Positions 11,817 through 24,068 of a DNA stretch of 64,000 bases are shown here, one piece after another. Numbering within the stretch: position 1 is the stretch's first letter; each line of letters starts with the position of its first letter. The stretch is taken from assembly GCA_016748015.1 (NCBI GenBank), contig JAAOMT010000181.1, forward strand, positions 7,784 to 71,783. Direction: 5' to 3'. Position numbers and translations under genes: made by a program. The notes beneath the pieces were generated by a model. That model saw nothing but the letters and a program-made list of their open reading frames with translations, was not told the DNA's origin and did no database searches. The stretch is from Geosiphon pyriformis uo1 (Eukaryota; Fungi; Glomeromycota).

Positions 11817-14639
11817 ATGACGTCGTCTCAGAGACATTTGACAATTTCCAAACTTATTGCTGGGGGCAAAAGTACTGCTGCACCGAAAAATGCATCCCTT
11901 ATAGGACAACTTACAGTCATAGATAAAAATCAATCAGAATTTCCCAGAGGAACTTTACTTTTTTCGGATAAAACCGGCTCAATCCAATGTCAACTCTGCA
12001 AGCCGCTAAAACGCCATTGGTTAAAAAGAGACATTTGCTTGATTTCTTGGAACTATATTCATGAACTGTTTTTGCCCAATCTTGAAATTATTTCTGAACC
12101 TCTGATTGTGATCAAAGAGGATACCCAATTAGAAAATATCAAGTCTAATATTTACTTGTATCGCCCAATGATGGAAGGGAGGAATTTTATGTGCACGGAT
12201 GATGAAGTTTATGCACAGTACTCACCATTAACCGTAAAGCAAGTCTCCCTTCTGATCACAAATAAAGAAAAACTCCAGGATCCGATCAATTTGGAGGGTA
12301 TTATATTAGCCAAAAGTATTCTTTTTTGTCAATCTCATGAACCCGCTTTTTTCTTCCTCAGCTTAATCGACAAACACGATGGGGACATTAGTCTCCACAT
12401 CATTTTTAGGGGGGATGAGTTCATAGATTTACATCATACAATTGAGATTGGTAAACTTTATATTATTACCAATCTCGAATTTATCATTCTACCAATCAAC
12501 TCATCTGAACGACGAACTGTTCTTGAATTCAATCGGAAATCAATGCTATTGCCTATGCATTCAACTATTCATAATGAAAGGCTAGAGATTTTGACCTACC
12601 GAGGTATTGTCACACGCATTTTGGATAACGGTATGGGAATTTTAGAGCTGGATGATGAATTGATACTAAACTGTAGCAGAAATAGAATGTACAACTCTTT
12701 TCTGCCATACAGAGTCGGCACAAAGTTAATTTTGCACAATATTCACGTGATTTCAATGAAAAGAAATGCTACCTTTTACAAAGAAACGTATAATCTCCCT
12801 TACCAACCATCCCTTTTACTTGCATCTTGTGTATATAGCACCATCCATGTTAAAGAATTTGCTTCGGTAAAAGAACAAAAGATATCGAGCGAATCAAACA
12901 GTCCGTTTAGCAAGTTTTCTAGTTTCCGAGAACATGAAGGCTTTAAAATTTCCAACTTGGAATGGATTCAAAAAGTCTTCAAACAAATCAAATCGATTTA
13001 TCCAATAGGTGACCGGGTATTACAATCGCATTTATTAAAGCTTTTTGAGAGATCTGGCCAGACTTTAATAAAGTCTCCTATTGAGTTGGATTTCTTCCAA
13101 CATCCTTTGAGGTGCTCCAGATGTGTGGCAAGCGAGACTGATATCGTTAGCTTAACTCTCTCAGAGGCCTTGAGAATAATGCAAGAAGAAGCGTCGTCAT
13201 TGTTTGAACCATCCGGTGGCAAAGAAGATATTAAAGTAATCCCTAAAAAGGATTCAAAATTGAGCGGGGCAACACTAATTGGCATATTGAGCGGGGATTT
13301 CAATGGAAAATTAGTTATTATGGACCGAGGACAGCAAATCTTGGTCACCGAATCTTCTGGATTAATCCAAACTTATCATCTAGGCCATATATGGCTTATT
13401 AGTGACTTTGAGTTAGTCTATAAGCGAGAAGTTAGTAAAGCATGCCCGAGCTACAAATGCCAGATTCGTATTTCTTTGGAGAAATGCGTTTGTATATACT
13501 TGAACCTACAACCAGTAAAACCACCACAATATATAATACAAATACGGAGGATTGATCATAGAGATCGCTTCCTCGAGGTAAAGGCTTTGGTATTGCAATT
13601 TGCTCAAAACCGTGACCCGTTGGCCGAAGAATCCAAGAGGGTAGATGCTTTTAAATATTCTAGCACGAAGCAGCAGTTAAAAGCAAGGGTGTATTTTTCA
13701 CAAAAATTGATGTTTTATCTGCCGGCTCTCCATGTAGGCACTTTTTACGGGATTAATTTTGGCACAGAAAATCTGGTCTCACCTAGTAAACATAATATTA
13801 CACTATATTTAGTTTCCTTCAACGTGCCGGATAAGGCTCAAATTCTTAAAGACCTTAGAGAACTCAGTTTTGGACCAACAGTCCTGCAGGCTGATCAAAG
13901 TTTAATAGAAGATTGGCAGAGTATGAATTCAGAGTTTCAGAAAAAAAGTCTGATTTGTCAAAGCTCAATGGATGTTCTTGGCAAAAAGGATAAAAATCTT
14001 GGAATACTAAAAACAAGGGCAGAAACTCTTTATTTGTTTGAATATTACCATCAGCGGGTCCCATTAGAAAAAGTATTCCGAGTCTTTTGCAAAATTGGCT
14101 ACGTATATAAAGCTATCTTGAGATATGATTGTAGAAAATGTGAACGCGCCTTATCATCTCATCACTCTTTTCAACCATGTTTTGGGGCTTCGTCACCAAC
14201 CCTATATACGTATTTGAAGTGTCGGGTGAACGATGGCACCTATCAAGCTATTGCCATTTTCAAAGACAGTAATGTATTTAAGGCGTTAGAAATCGATAAT
14301 GATTTGCAAAAAATATTAAGAAGTGAAGCGAAATCTCGGGATTTTGTTTATAGTTCCTCCTCCAATATTGTTGTCACTGACTTTGACCGTTGTTGCGTCA
14401 ATTTGACGAAAGGCTTTCGAAACGTGGTACTTTTTTGTCGTCGATCATCTTCCGATGAAGAAGAGCTTCCTTCAGATGCACCAATATCGGAATATTCGCG
14501 GATTCAAGTGGGGCCCAGAACTTCTCATTATTGGACCCTGATGGCAAACAATCTTTTTCTTGAGGTTGTCGATATTGAACGATTATCTGTAACCGGTGAG
14601 GCTTGGTCCTTAGTAAGGAATCTCGAAGACGATGGGTAA
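11817..14639 (+). CDS. CST complex subunit CTC1-like telomere OB-fold protein (single exon, 940 aa)
   Basis: Uninterrupted ORF with motifs resembling CTC1: GTLLFSDKTGSIQC..W.YI...LEI; YRGIVTRILD..GILELD..YRVGTKLILHNIH; LASCVYSTI; C-terminal CxxC...C...CRVNDGT. Recognised by eye, not by HMM. Confidence 0.65.
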   Translation: MTSSQRHLTISKLIAGGKSTAAPKNASLIGQLTVIDKNQSEFPRGTLLFSDKTGSIQCQLCKPLKRHWLKRDICLISWNYIHELFLPNLEIISEPLIVIKEDTQLENIKSNIYLYRPMMEGRNFMCTDDEVYAQYSPLTVKQVSLLITNKEKLQDPINLEGIILAKSILFCQSHEPAFFFLSLIDKHDGDISLHIIFRGDEFIDLHHTIEIGKLYIITNLEFIILPINSSERRTVLEFNRKSMLLPMHSTIHNERLEILTYRGIVTRILDNGMGILELDDELILNCSRNRMYNSFLPYRVGTKLILHNIHVISMKRNATFYKETYNLPYQPSLLLASCVYSTIHVKEFASVKEQKISSESNSPFSKFSSFREHEGFKISNLEWIQKVFKQIKSIYPIGDRVLQSHLLKLFERSGQTLIKSPIELDFFQHPLRCSRCVASETDIVSLTLSEALRIMQEEASSLFEPSGGKEDIKVIPKKDSKLSGATLIGILSGDFNGKLVIMDRGQQILVTESSGLIQTYHLGHIWLISDFELVYKREVSKACPSYKCQIRISLEKCVCIYLNLQPVKPPQYIIQIRRIDHRDRFLEVKALVLQFAQNRDPLAEESKRVDAFKYSSTKQQLKARVYFSQKLMFYLPALHVGTFYGINFGTENLVSPSKHNITLYLVSFNVPDKAQILKDLRELSFGPTVLQADQSLIEDWQSMNSEFQKKSLICQSSMDVLGKKDKNLGILKTRAETLYLFEYYHQRVPLEKVFRVFCKIGYVYKAILRYDCRKCERALSSHHSFQPCFGASSPTLYTYLKCRVNDGTYQAIAIFKDSNVFKALEIDNDLQKILRSEAKSRDFVYSSSSNIVVTDFDRCCVNLTKGFRNVVLFCRRSSSDEEELPSDAPISEYSRIQVGPRTSHYWTLMANNLFLEVVDIERLSVTGEAWSLVRNLEDDG

Positions 14640-14943
14640 CGGCAAATGGTTCATGTAATGAACTACCGAGAGTCAAAAAATACGACACTATAACCGTTTG
14701 AATTTTTTCCTTTACCCTCCTAGGATATTAGCAATATATAAAATAATATTTTGCCGAACTTACGCATATAACGCTCAGTGCGATTGCTGTAGTCTATTCA
14801 TATAGAAAAGTGGAATAAATCAATTATATATTTTGATATTCCTGTGAAAAAATCATTATGTTCTTTCTAATATTTGTATCTTTTATAGAACCCCTGAAGC
14901 CTTGAAATATAGTAAAGAGCATCTTGCAAAAAGCTCTAACTTA

Positions 14944-15859
14944 TTAATATTCGTAACGATAATCTTCGGTGTGACTATCCCTCCTTTCTTCACGACGGCT
15001 TCTTCTTGCTCCTCTGCGATCTCTTTCTCTTGATTTATCACGGGAGCGATCAGGAGACTTTTCCCGGGGCCGTTCTATGTTCCTATCCTCGGAAGCAGTC
15101 CTTGAACGACTTCTTTCCTCGCTTCTTTCTCGTTTGGATCGCCGTTGTTCACGAAGGTATACTCGTTGAGCTGCAAACAACTCCTTTTTTAATCGACGCG
15201 AGACTTCCTTTAGGTGCATAAAATTGCAAAATCCGCCACGCGTGCATTCGGCGTTTTCGTTTTGTCGACAACACGCTTCACGAAAATCTGTTACTGGAGA
15301 AAGCTCAGCGTAAATAGGTCTTCCTGTTAATTCATTAAAGTTATGGGTTTTAATTAGGCAGCTCTGATAGCATTAATTATAAGAATAAAAATGGAATGAA
15401 GCATTGCCAGCGTAGAATCTTTGATTTAAATTATCTACGGCTCTTTGAGCGTCCTCCTCGTAACGAAACCGCGCATAAACATTTCCGATCAAGTGGTCAC
15501 CAACATTATCACACACATGCATTTCTTCAACTTCTCCATATTTACACAGTTCAGTGAAGAAATCTTCGTAGAAGTCGTCAAAATGCGCTTGGATTTCGTC
15601 CTCGGACATTGAGCAATTTGTGTCATGGGCTGGGTTCTGATATATATTTGAACATAGTATGGTTTGTGAAAAAGTCGGTTTAACGTGTTTTCGGCTGCAA
15701 CGGTCTCCATGACGGCACGCACCGATTTTGAAATAAAAAGAGCAATTGACCCTAGGAAAGTCAAAGTTATAGTTGAAGTTGACTATGATAAGAAATATGC
15801 AACACGATGGCTTACTTGTCTTTCTCTGTGCCGTAAATTGAAGCCAAATACTCTGCCAT
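14944..15859 (-). CDS. U2AF1: Splicing factor U2AF small subunit (U2AF35), 3 exons (15816-15859, 15408-15751, 14944-15323)
   Basis: [40 protein letters not shown] with [14 protein letters not shown], second CCCH finger and an RS tail. Confidence 0.97.
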
Positions 15860-16379
15860 CTTGAGTCACAATTCTGAAGGTGTTAAAACAATTTTCCAAA
15901 AAATAATGCTATTTATATTTTATATCGTGACGTTACCAATTCGGGATGATATACCCCAAAAAAGTAATCCCTGATTTGCATGTGTAACCATTCTTAAAAA
16001 TTCGATATTAAATAAACTTGACGTTTACAATTTTACTAGCATGTAAAGCAACAAAAAGTGACATGCACCACTCGACAAAGTTGTCAACAATTTAGGCCTT
16101 AAATGTAATCCGGAATTCGTTTACATATTGCAACTTATATCAGAAAAACACATGCTTATATCCGTGTTAGGTGGTAAAAATAAAAATAAAAACGCTTACG
16201 ATGGGCAAAAATTATCTTCTCTAATGAGATGAGTGTGGAAATCACGACAACGAAGAAATTTAATACTAATTGCTTGGCGACTACTTTCAAAAGTGGACGA
16301 AAATCCGTAATGTTTGCGGGGAGGTTCAAAGGGATCATTAGTATTTGTAATGAATACAAAAAAAATTAAAATGTAAATA

Positions 16380-16650
16380 ATTATCTTGAAATCTTAAAAA
16401 CCAACTTGTTACCATTTCAGAACACAAACTGGAAGCTATACAATTTTTAGCAAGATAACGCACCGACCAATACTGTGGGAAAAATCGAAAAATGGTTAAT
16501 GGAATGATAATATTCAAAAAAATGAAGTCTTTCCGAAGTCTCTGGTTGAACTTAGAGGAGGAATGGGAGAAATTCGATGCCTTTGTTCTCGAAGAAGTTA
16601 TTGCCTCAATGCCAATGAGAAATGAAGCAGTATCAAAGTCAATCGTTAAA
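16380..16650 (+). pseudogene. Tc1/mariner transposase C-terminal relic
   Basis: YLEILKTNLLP, F*QDNAP.NT at 16445 and LEEEWEK…VIASMPMRNEAV match the typical Tc1 DDE C-terminus. Confidence 0.6.
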
Positions 16651-16879
16651 AATAAAATAAAACAGAAATGTATCAAATTTTGAATAGGGGTACTGTAAAA
16701 ATTACTAGGGTATTTATAAAGTCTCCAGTTCGAGAAAACGGGATATCAAAAGATCTGGTAGCCATGTTAATTATTTCCATGATTAAACATTTGCGTGTAT
16801 TTTGAAACTGGTCTTGATTGATATTATTTTAAAACAAGAAATTTCTCTATTTACAGAAAAGATTTTCTCTTCTATATGT

Positions 16880-17395
16880 TCACCACATTTTTCTTCTCAA
16901 TTGTCTTAGTTTCGCGTAATGCTTCCTCCTGTGACTATAATTTTCGGCCCGCCGTTGCTGTCGTGCCTGCAACCTTTCTTGAAGTTCTTCACTTGTAGGT
17001 GCTGCAATGCCCACAAAAAACGGACTACAATCAAATTTGTCTGCCAGCGCTTTCCGAGTCCACCTTTGAGGATTCTCTTCTCTTAACTTCTGCATTTCTA
17101 ATACTTCTTGTTCTGTGATGTGATACCTTTTTATTGGTATAGGTTTGATAGCCGGAGGTAATTCAGAGATTTTGATTGGTGGTGGTGGGTTAAGTGGTAC
17201 ACGCGCAACGAATAAACTGCCATCATCTAAAGTGACGGTATCGTATACAGGTGCAGAAAGTTTTGAGAGTCGTTTTGGTTTGGGTTGATGTGTTTTACTT
17301 TTAGCGTAGGAACAAGTACTTTGTGAAAAACGCCGCACAGGAATATAGATCGAGGACCGAAAAGGTAGAGGGGTTAGACGAAACATGATTGACAT
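16880..17395 (-). CDS. Mitochondrial ribosomal protein mL58 (yeast MrpL20 family)
   Basis: Arg/Ser-rich presequence, LPPA..KRYHITEQEV.EMQKLREENPQRWTRKALADKFDCSPFFV, ends RRKMW. Start is ATG 17395 or 17386. Confidence 0.85.
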   Translation of the reverse strand: MSIMFRLTPLPFRSSIYIPVRRFSQSTCSYAKSKTHQPKPKRLSKLSAPVYDTVTLDDGSLFVARVPLNPPPPIKISELPPAIKPIPIKRYHITEQEVLEMQKLREENPQRWTRKALADKFDCSPFFVGIAAPTSEELQERLQARQQRRAENYSHRRKHYAKLRQLRRKMW

Positions 17396-18519
17396 TTTGC
17401 GGGTAATTTTTCCAATGAAATTAAATATATAGATTATCTCCCTTGTGATTTTCCGTGGATACCACTTTTTCCGATTTTTATACTGCCCCAAATTTCCGTA
17501 GCCCTAATTTTAATTTACAAAAACTTTTTTTTTCATTCTATATATTTAATAATATAATACTTGTATAAATAAATATTAAATTTTAATAATAATAATAATA
17601 ATATTGTTTCTATTAAATAAATATTATAATTTGAAATTAAAATAATATTAAATTAAAAATATATAATTAAATAATATATATAAAATTTAATTAAAAAAAA
17701 CACATTTAAAAACTTTTAAGTTATTACTTTGCTAACAAAAAAAAATATTTTATTAAAATTAAACTTTTAAACTTTTACATAAAACAAACAAACAAAAAGA
17801 TTAAATATTACATATATTGTTTATAAATTCAAGCAAAAAAAAATAAGAATGAATAATATTAATGAAAAACTAATTATTTTAACTGTATTTAAATTCAGCT
17901 TTTCTGAAATGTCCAATCAAAATACATAAAACCTCAAATTTCTAAATCTGGCAAAACGAATTCTTAGTATAAAATCTAATATTATCTAGCGCAAGAACCG
18001 AAATCATAACACACAAGCAATGATTTAAAACCGATTCCTGTTTGAAGTTTTGGCCGAATCGCATTATTAAAACGGGGACAAGAAATAATCATCATGATGA
18101 TGCTCAACTTATGCATTGACCACTTTAATGAATTTAGAGCAGAAATTTCCGAATAGAAAACCTTTGTATTCTGTCGTATGGTAATTTATCAAATGGAAGC
18201 TTCTAATAGAAAATGACAGCATGAATTCACGTGATTCGACACTTCCGCGAAGAACGCGGAACATAATAAGGAAACATTTATAAAAAGGGAAGATTATTAA
18301 AATCTTTGACATCTTCGGTTTATTTCACTCTTATTTCCAAATTTTACTCTTGTATTAGTGGTTCAATTCATCGATATAATATATTTGTGATTTCAAACTT
18401 CACTTACACAGAATATAAAATAATCTTATCAAAATTTCAACAATATCCAGTAAATTTCGACTTGCCTTTATTATCGTAATATTTATAACTTATACCTCAT
18501 ATAATAAACAAGTTTCCAC

Positions 18520-19536
18520 ATGGGGAAGTCTCAAAGTAAGCTGAGTGAAGAGCAGCTCAAAGAATTACAAAAGTGCACATACTGTAGGTATTCAACCACA
18601 AATTCCAAGATTCATCTTGTACATTCAGTTGGATTACCTCACTGTAAACCACTTTTTAACGCGTTTTCTATTCTTATTTTGATGTCTTGGTATTTTTTCA
18701 TCAAACAATAGTCAATAAAGCTGAACTTCAAACATGGTAAGTTTGAAGTCTCTTGAAATTGTTTATCATCTTCACGCTTTTTTTTGCTTATTAATCCCCG
18801 AATTTTGTTGGATATTAATAGGTATAAAGGTTTTTTAAAGGATTGTCCTGCGGGAGAGCTTGACAGAAATGAGTTTCAAAAGATATATAAACAATTCTTT
18901 CCATTTGGTGACCCGTCACGGTTTGCTGAATATGTATTTGATGTATTTGACGAAAATAAAAATGGAAAGATAGATTTTAAAGAGTTCATATGTGCTCTGT
19001 CGGTCACTTCTCGGGGCAAGTTGGACGAAAAATTATTATGTACGTATTCTGGTTTATATATTATGTAAGATAACGCGGAAGGGAACACGTGAACTTGGCG
19101 CTTTCTTATTGGCCATTTGAAACCGCTTCGTGATCAAAGTTTACACAAACAATTCATTTGCCAAATAATCTGACATTGAACACTATTTTTCAGGGGCTTT
19201 TCAGCTTTATGATATTGACAATGATGGCTTTATAACGCACGACGAAATGCTAAAAATTGTTGAAGCCATATATAAGATGGTAGGTAGTATGGTGAAACTT
19301 CCCCCAGATGAAGATACACCTGTGAAACGCGTCGATAAAATTTTTGCCCTAATGGACCAGGTAATTTTCCATTATGAAAATTTGTATGTTTGCCAAAACC
19401 TGCTAGGTATTTATTGCTTTTCTTCTTTTGTAATTAGAATCATGATGGAAAGCTTAGTATGGACGAGTTTAAAGAAGGATCAAAGAAAGATCCGACAATC
19501 GTCCAAGCCTTGAGCTTGTATGATGGATTGGTATAA
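18520..19536 (+). CDS. NCS1: Neuronal calcium sensor-1/frequenin (myristoylated EF-hand protein), 5 exons
   Basis: [72 protein letters not shown]. Confidence 0.97.
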
Positions 19537-20295
19537 GGAACAATTTAATATCACATAATATATATTTATCTTTGATTTGGCCTTAGAAGCTTGGCTCCTT
19601 ATTTTATTTGAAGTTTGATCATGAAACTTTTCGATTCTGTACAGAAATTTGTAATATTATCAGTCGCATCAACTGTCAAAAAATAATGTAGAATGGCAGC
19701 CATAGTAATAAGCAAATAATTATTAAGATCGTTAACAATCATCTTGGGAGTTTGTCCAAATATTAACCGGGACCAGATTAGCTAGTTGCCCGAATTTTCA
19801 CAAGAACTCTAAACATTGGTGCCAAGCCTTAGGGCAGAGGTCATTTTAGAAGAATGACTAAATATTTGATTACAATGTATTAATGGGACATCTGTTATGT
19901 CGCTTTTCAAGTTTTAAATTAACAATTATTTCAACTGCTCTGAAACTCTATTATATCAACATGAAATCATTGATTATGACATAATGCCCTGATTTGTTTC
20001 AAGTAAAAATACGATCAAAAAAGGATACGATTTCACTCTGATTTGCTTTATGGTTAAGAAAGATTAGGTTCGTTTTTTGTTTATGTAAATAAACATGTTG
20101 ATGGATGTAATCAACATATAAAAGGATATGGAAAGAAGGGATCCCTCATGATTATCATCGCTCCCAGTGAGCTTCACTATAGTGAAGAAAAAAGTCTGAA
20201 ATTTAGTTTGAAAAACCAAAAAAACCTCAAGAAAGAAAAATCCAATATAAAGGATATGCTTAAGGATACAGAGTCTGAACCAGACAAATACAGTT

Positions 20296-21821
20296 TCATC
20301 TTCTCTCGTCATATCCTCGATAGCTCCTTCGCCTATCTCTAATTTTATCCTTATAGATTTCCTTTTCTTTTTCTCTGCTCGTGCCATAAACTTTGTCATC
20401 ATCTCTTTGTCGACGAGAGGGACTACGACTTCCAGACCTCCGGTATATAGGTTTTCCCTCATATCGACTTGAATGATGGCGATATCGTGGAGACCTTGAT
20501 CTTGAATATCTTTGTTTTGATTCATGGTAGAGATTTTTAGAATGATAATCTTTAGTACTCCGGGAATTGTCCAGTTTATATTCAGATTGCCGTATTGAGT
20601 GAACTGATTCGATAATGGAATGTGTTTTTGGAGTAGTGTTCCATGATCCAGGTCGATTATAATTATTTTGATAAGAGGCATCTCTTGAAGCATTACTGGA
20701 TCTTGAATAGTTCGAATTTTCTATACGATCATCATTAGGGTTTGATGATAAAAATACGGAGGTTCGAATGTTTGAAAAGTCTTGAATTGTTAATCTGTCA
20801 CTTTTTGAAAGTGATAGACGTCTCCAACAATCATCATAACGTTGCTCAGGAAGAATCTCGGGCACGGCTTGAATTCCGGCTACATGTCTGATACCAAATG
20901 GTCAAGTAGTTAATGTAAAAGATTAGCGAAATATTAATTGCAAAACACATACAAGGGTCTCTTAAAAGGGCGATCTCTTGAACCAAATCGGAGTTGCCCA
21001 GATTCTTTTCTTCCGCCAAAACCACCACCCAATCGCCTCGGAATCCATCCTTCCATCACACGACTCCGTTCGAAATCGACAAGGATTTGTCGATCATCAA
21101 GCATAATTTTATTGGCATTCTACAAAATCGAAATAATCAATTCTGAGAAATTATAGCGTTTGAAAGAGGGTGTAGAATTCACAGACCTTATAAGCATCTT
21201 GACAAGATCTTTCATGTGTATATTCAATAAATGCATAGCCACGTGAATCCCCAGTCACTATTTAGATCTTGAAGGATTACTTTTCATAATATGAAAGAAA
21301 TCAACCAATTTCCAACTTACCAATATTGCGGACCAGTCGAATTTTTTGTATTGCTCCAAATCTCTCAAACACAGATTCGAGAGTTTCTATTTTTTAAATG
21401 ATTTATGTTTTAAATTTATTTGACAAGCAAAGAAAATTCAGAAAAAAATTTAGATTAGATTAGCAAGTTTTACAAAATATCTTGCCTTCAGTGGTTTCTG
21501 GATTCAATCTTCCCACAAATATTGTTTTAAAAGGATCACTAGTTACATCTTCAGTATCATTCGGAGGTAGATCTGCGGATAGATGAAAATTAGAAATAAT
21601 TTTTATTTACTAAAAACAGACCTTTTTATAAACAAACATTTTGACTCTTGCGCGCGTTGAATTCCATGATCGTGAGGAACTGTATCTGTTCCGTCAATGC
21701 TTCCAGCTATTAATGAGTTTATTTTATATTAGTAAATTTAGTAGCTCTAGTAGCCATACACATTTTTAAAACTTTCTATTAAAGTACCTTGAAGGGGATC
21801 ATACTTGTCGGCATGCCACAT
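20296..21821 (-). CDS. SNRNP35: U11/U12 snRNP 35 kDa protein (minor spliceosome), about 7 exons
   Basis: [83 protein letters not shown]-rich tail. Confidence 0.92.
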
Positions 21822-21975
21822 ATTAAAAACAAGAGAGCTGGAATTCAATTCAATTTCTTATGATCTACAGTTTAGGTAAATCTCGAACTGTGCAACCTTT
21901 GTTTATTGATAATCGATGGTAAATCCAATCAGCACGTCAAGTTGTTTGTGACTCTCTTTGAGTTTTTTTCAAAAT

Positions 21976-23193
21976 ATGTCGGGAAGGCGTTTTAAAAATA
22001 TTGGTCTCTTTACTGGATTTGCTTCACTCAAAACCAATAAATCCTTAAGAGCCTGGAAATATACCCACATGAGTATGTTAAAATGATTGAAACAATTTTT
22101 TTCCGAGAAAACAGCTTCTCATGGCCAAACATCTAATGGGGATTGTTAAGGCGTAGGTACTTTACAAGCGACTCGTTTCAGAGTAGATTTCAAGGGACTT
22201 AACAACTTGGACCAAAGATACATAAGTAGTACTGTAGCCGCGGCTCAACAATATTTTGATACGAACAAATTCGTCCAAAAATTAGAAAGTGAAGGTTTTA
22301 CACGTGAACAAAGCGAAGCTTTTATGAATTCACTGACAGAAGTCATGAATGAAAGGTTTTGAAATGTTCTCTTATCATATTAAACAGAATTCCGGATTCA
22401 TTTAATTTTCCGTCTCATTATTTTGAGTTCTTTTCACTAATCATGATATTTAATCAACGTTCAGTATGCAAACGATCACTCAAAATTTGGTTACAAAAGC
22501 GGAACAGGAGAAAGTATGAATGCATGAAATCTTCAATATGTTAATCGGTCGGGTGGTCACGTCATTTTCATCATTTACTGTGTACGAGTAGATGTATTAG
22601 TTTTTGACTCGGAAAATAATCTGGCTCATGTTCTTCAGACGGTGTACACTTCCAAAGTGGATTTTGCTCAACTCAAATCTGAAATCCAAATGTTTGAGAA
22701 AAACGATGCCTCATTGATGAAAGCCGAGAACGAACGATTGATAGCAGAAATTGAAAAATTAAAATCGAAGATGAATGAAGAGATTAGACGTACACAAGCG
22801 GGAGTCAGATTAGATCTGAATTTGGAAAAGGGTCGTATAAGAGATGAAGCAAGTGCTCTAGAGTTAAAAATCAAGGAAACCGAGACTCGTATCGAGAGCG
22901 AAATTAGCAATCTCCGAACACAAATGGAAACAACAAAGTTTCAAATTCTGCAATATATGCTTGGTGAGTGAGCGTTCGTAATTTTTTTGAATACCGATTA
23001 ATTTATTTATCAATTTTACCTTCATAAATTTGCAGGTACTTTGACAGGTGCAGGTGCTTTAATCTTAGGTGAGAAATCAAATAGGGGGTTTTTTTTATTG
23101 AAAGAATAATTGTGCCGTTTAATTTAATTTATATCATTCCACCTAATGTTTCCTCTCCGGTTTTGATTAGCATATATGAGAATGTTTCGGTAG
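21976..23193 (+). CDS. DUF1640 / CCDC90-MCUR1-Fmp32 family mitochondrial coiled-coil protein, about 6 exons
   Basis: YFDTNKFVQKLESEGFTREQSEA, KVDFAQLKSEI, AGVRLDLNLEKGRIRDE, C-terminal TM segment and AYMRMFR*. Confidence 0.9.
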
Positions 23194-23396
23194 CCTCCAT
23201 ATTTATCCAAATAAGTGGGAATCATTTAATTGAATCATTGCACAAAAACTATTTAATTCTATCGCATATTTTACAACCTGTGCTTGCGATTAAAATTTAT
23301 TATTTTAGAACCAAACGATATAAAATATAAGAGCAGAGCCAATACGGATTTGAAGATAATAACACTTATTTTAGATAATGTGGTACACTATTAATT

Positions 23397-23819
23397 TTAT
23401 GACTTGATATTAGGACCTTTATTAAGCTGGATAAATAACCTTTCCATTCGATCTTGAACCGTTTTCAAAATTTGATTGGTATTATATAATCGTTTGCGTG
23501 CCTTGATTAATTTTTGAATGGCAGGTTGAATGGGTGGTGGTTCTGTAGCTTCATTGAACAATTGGAGCTCTAAAAGGATACACGGGTTCTAATGATGGAA
23601 AGGTTTTGTCGCTATCTACCTTACAACGTTTTCTTTTTTATACAAACCTGCCAGCAGCCTCTCTATCTCTTTATTCAACTCGACTTGACTTGTCTTGACA
23701 GCAGCCATTCGTGAATCCATCTCTGTAATTATGGGTGCGATAAGTACCATGATTCCTTTCTCAAATTTTTCTTTTTCAGTTTCCTCTGAAGATACTGAGA
23801 GTTTAAGAGAGTTTGACAT
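23397..23819 (-). CDS. Snapin-like BLOC-1/BORC subunit, 2 exons
   Basis: GI..LIAPII.EMDSR..AV.TSQ.EL..EIERL.AELQ…KL..ARKRL...N.IL..VQDRMERL; about 115 aa coiled coil. Confidence 0.75.
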
Positions 23820-24068
23820 AGTATTAAAATTTCAAGAATCAAGAAAAATCAAGAAAATTATTACTTAACCAATAACACAAAAAATTATGCAATTTAAATT
23901 AAGCAAAGAAATATTTTTTAAATATACAAAATTTTAAATAAATATATATTAAATGAAAAAATTTTGTTTGTATTAGTGAAATTCGGAATTATTATATTAC
24001 ATAACCATCTGTAATAATATTTTTTTCTACTAGCATTCATACTTCATTTTTCAGATTTACGATAAAAA

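Noticed and set aside
12998-14688. Antisense ORFs overlapping the CTC1-like gene (likewise 20064-20693, 55765-56295, 56618-57969)
   Set aside because: Shadow or alternative-frame ORFs of real coding sequence with no independent motifs.
17520-17900. AT-rich island between mL58 and NCS1
   Set aside because: Possibly an erased TE, but no termini, TSD or homology could be identified.
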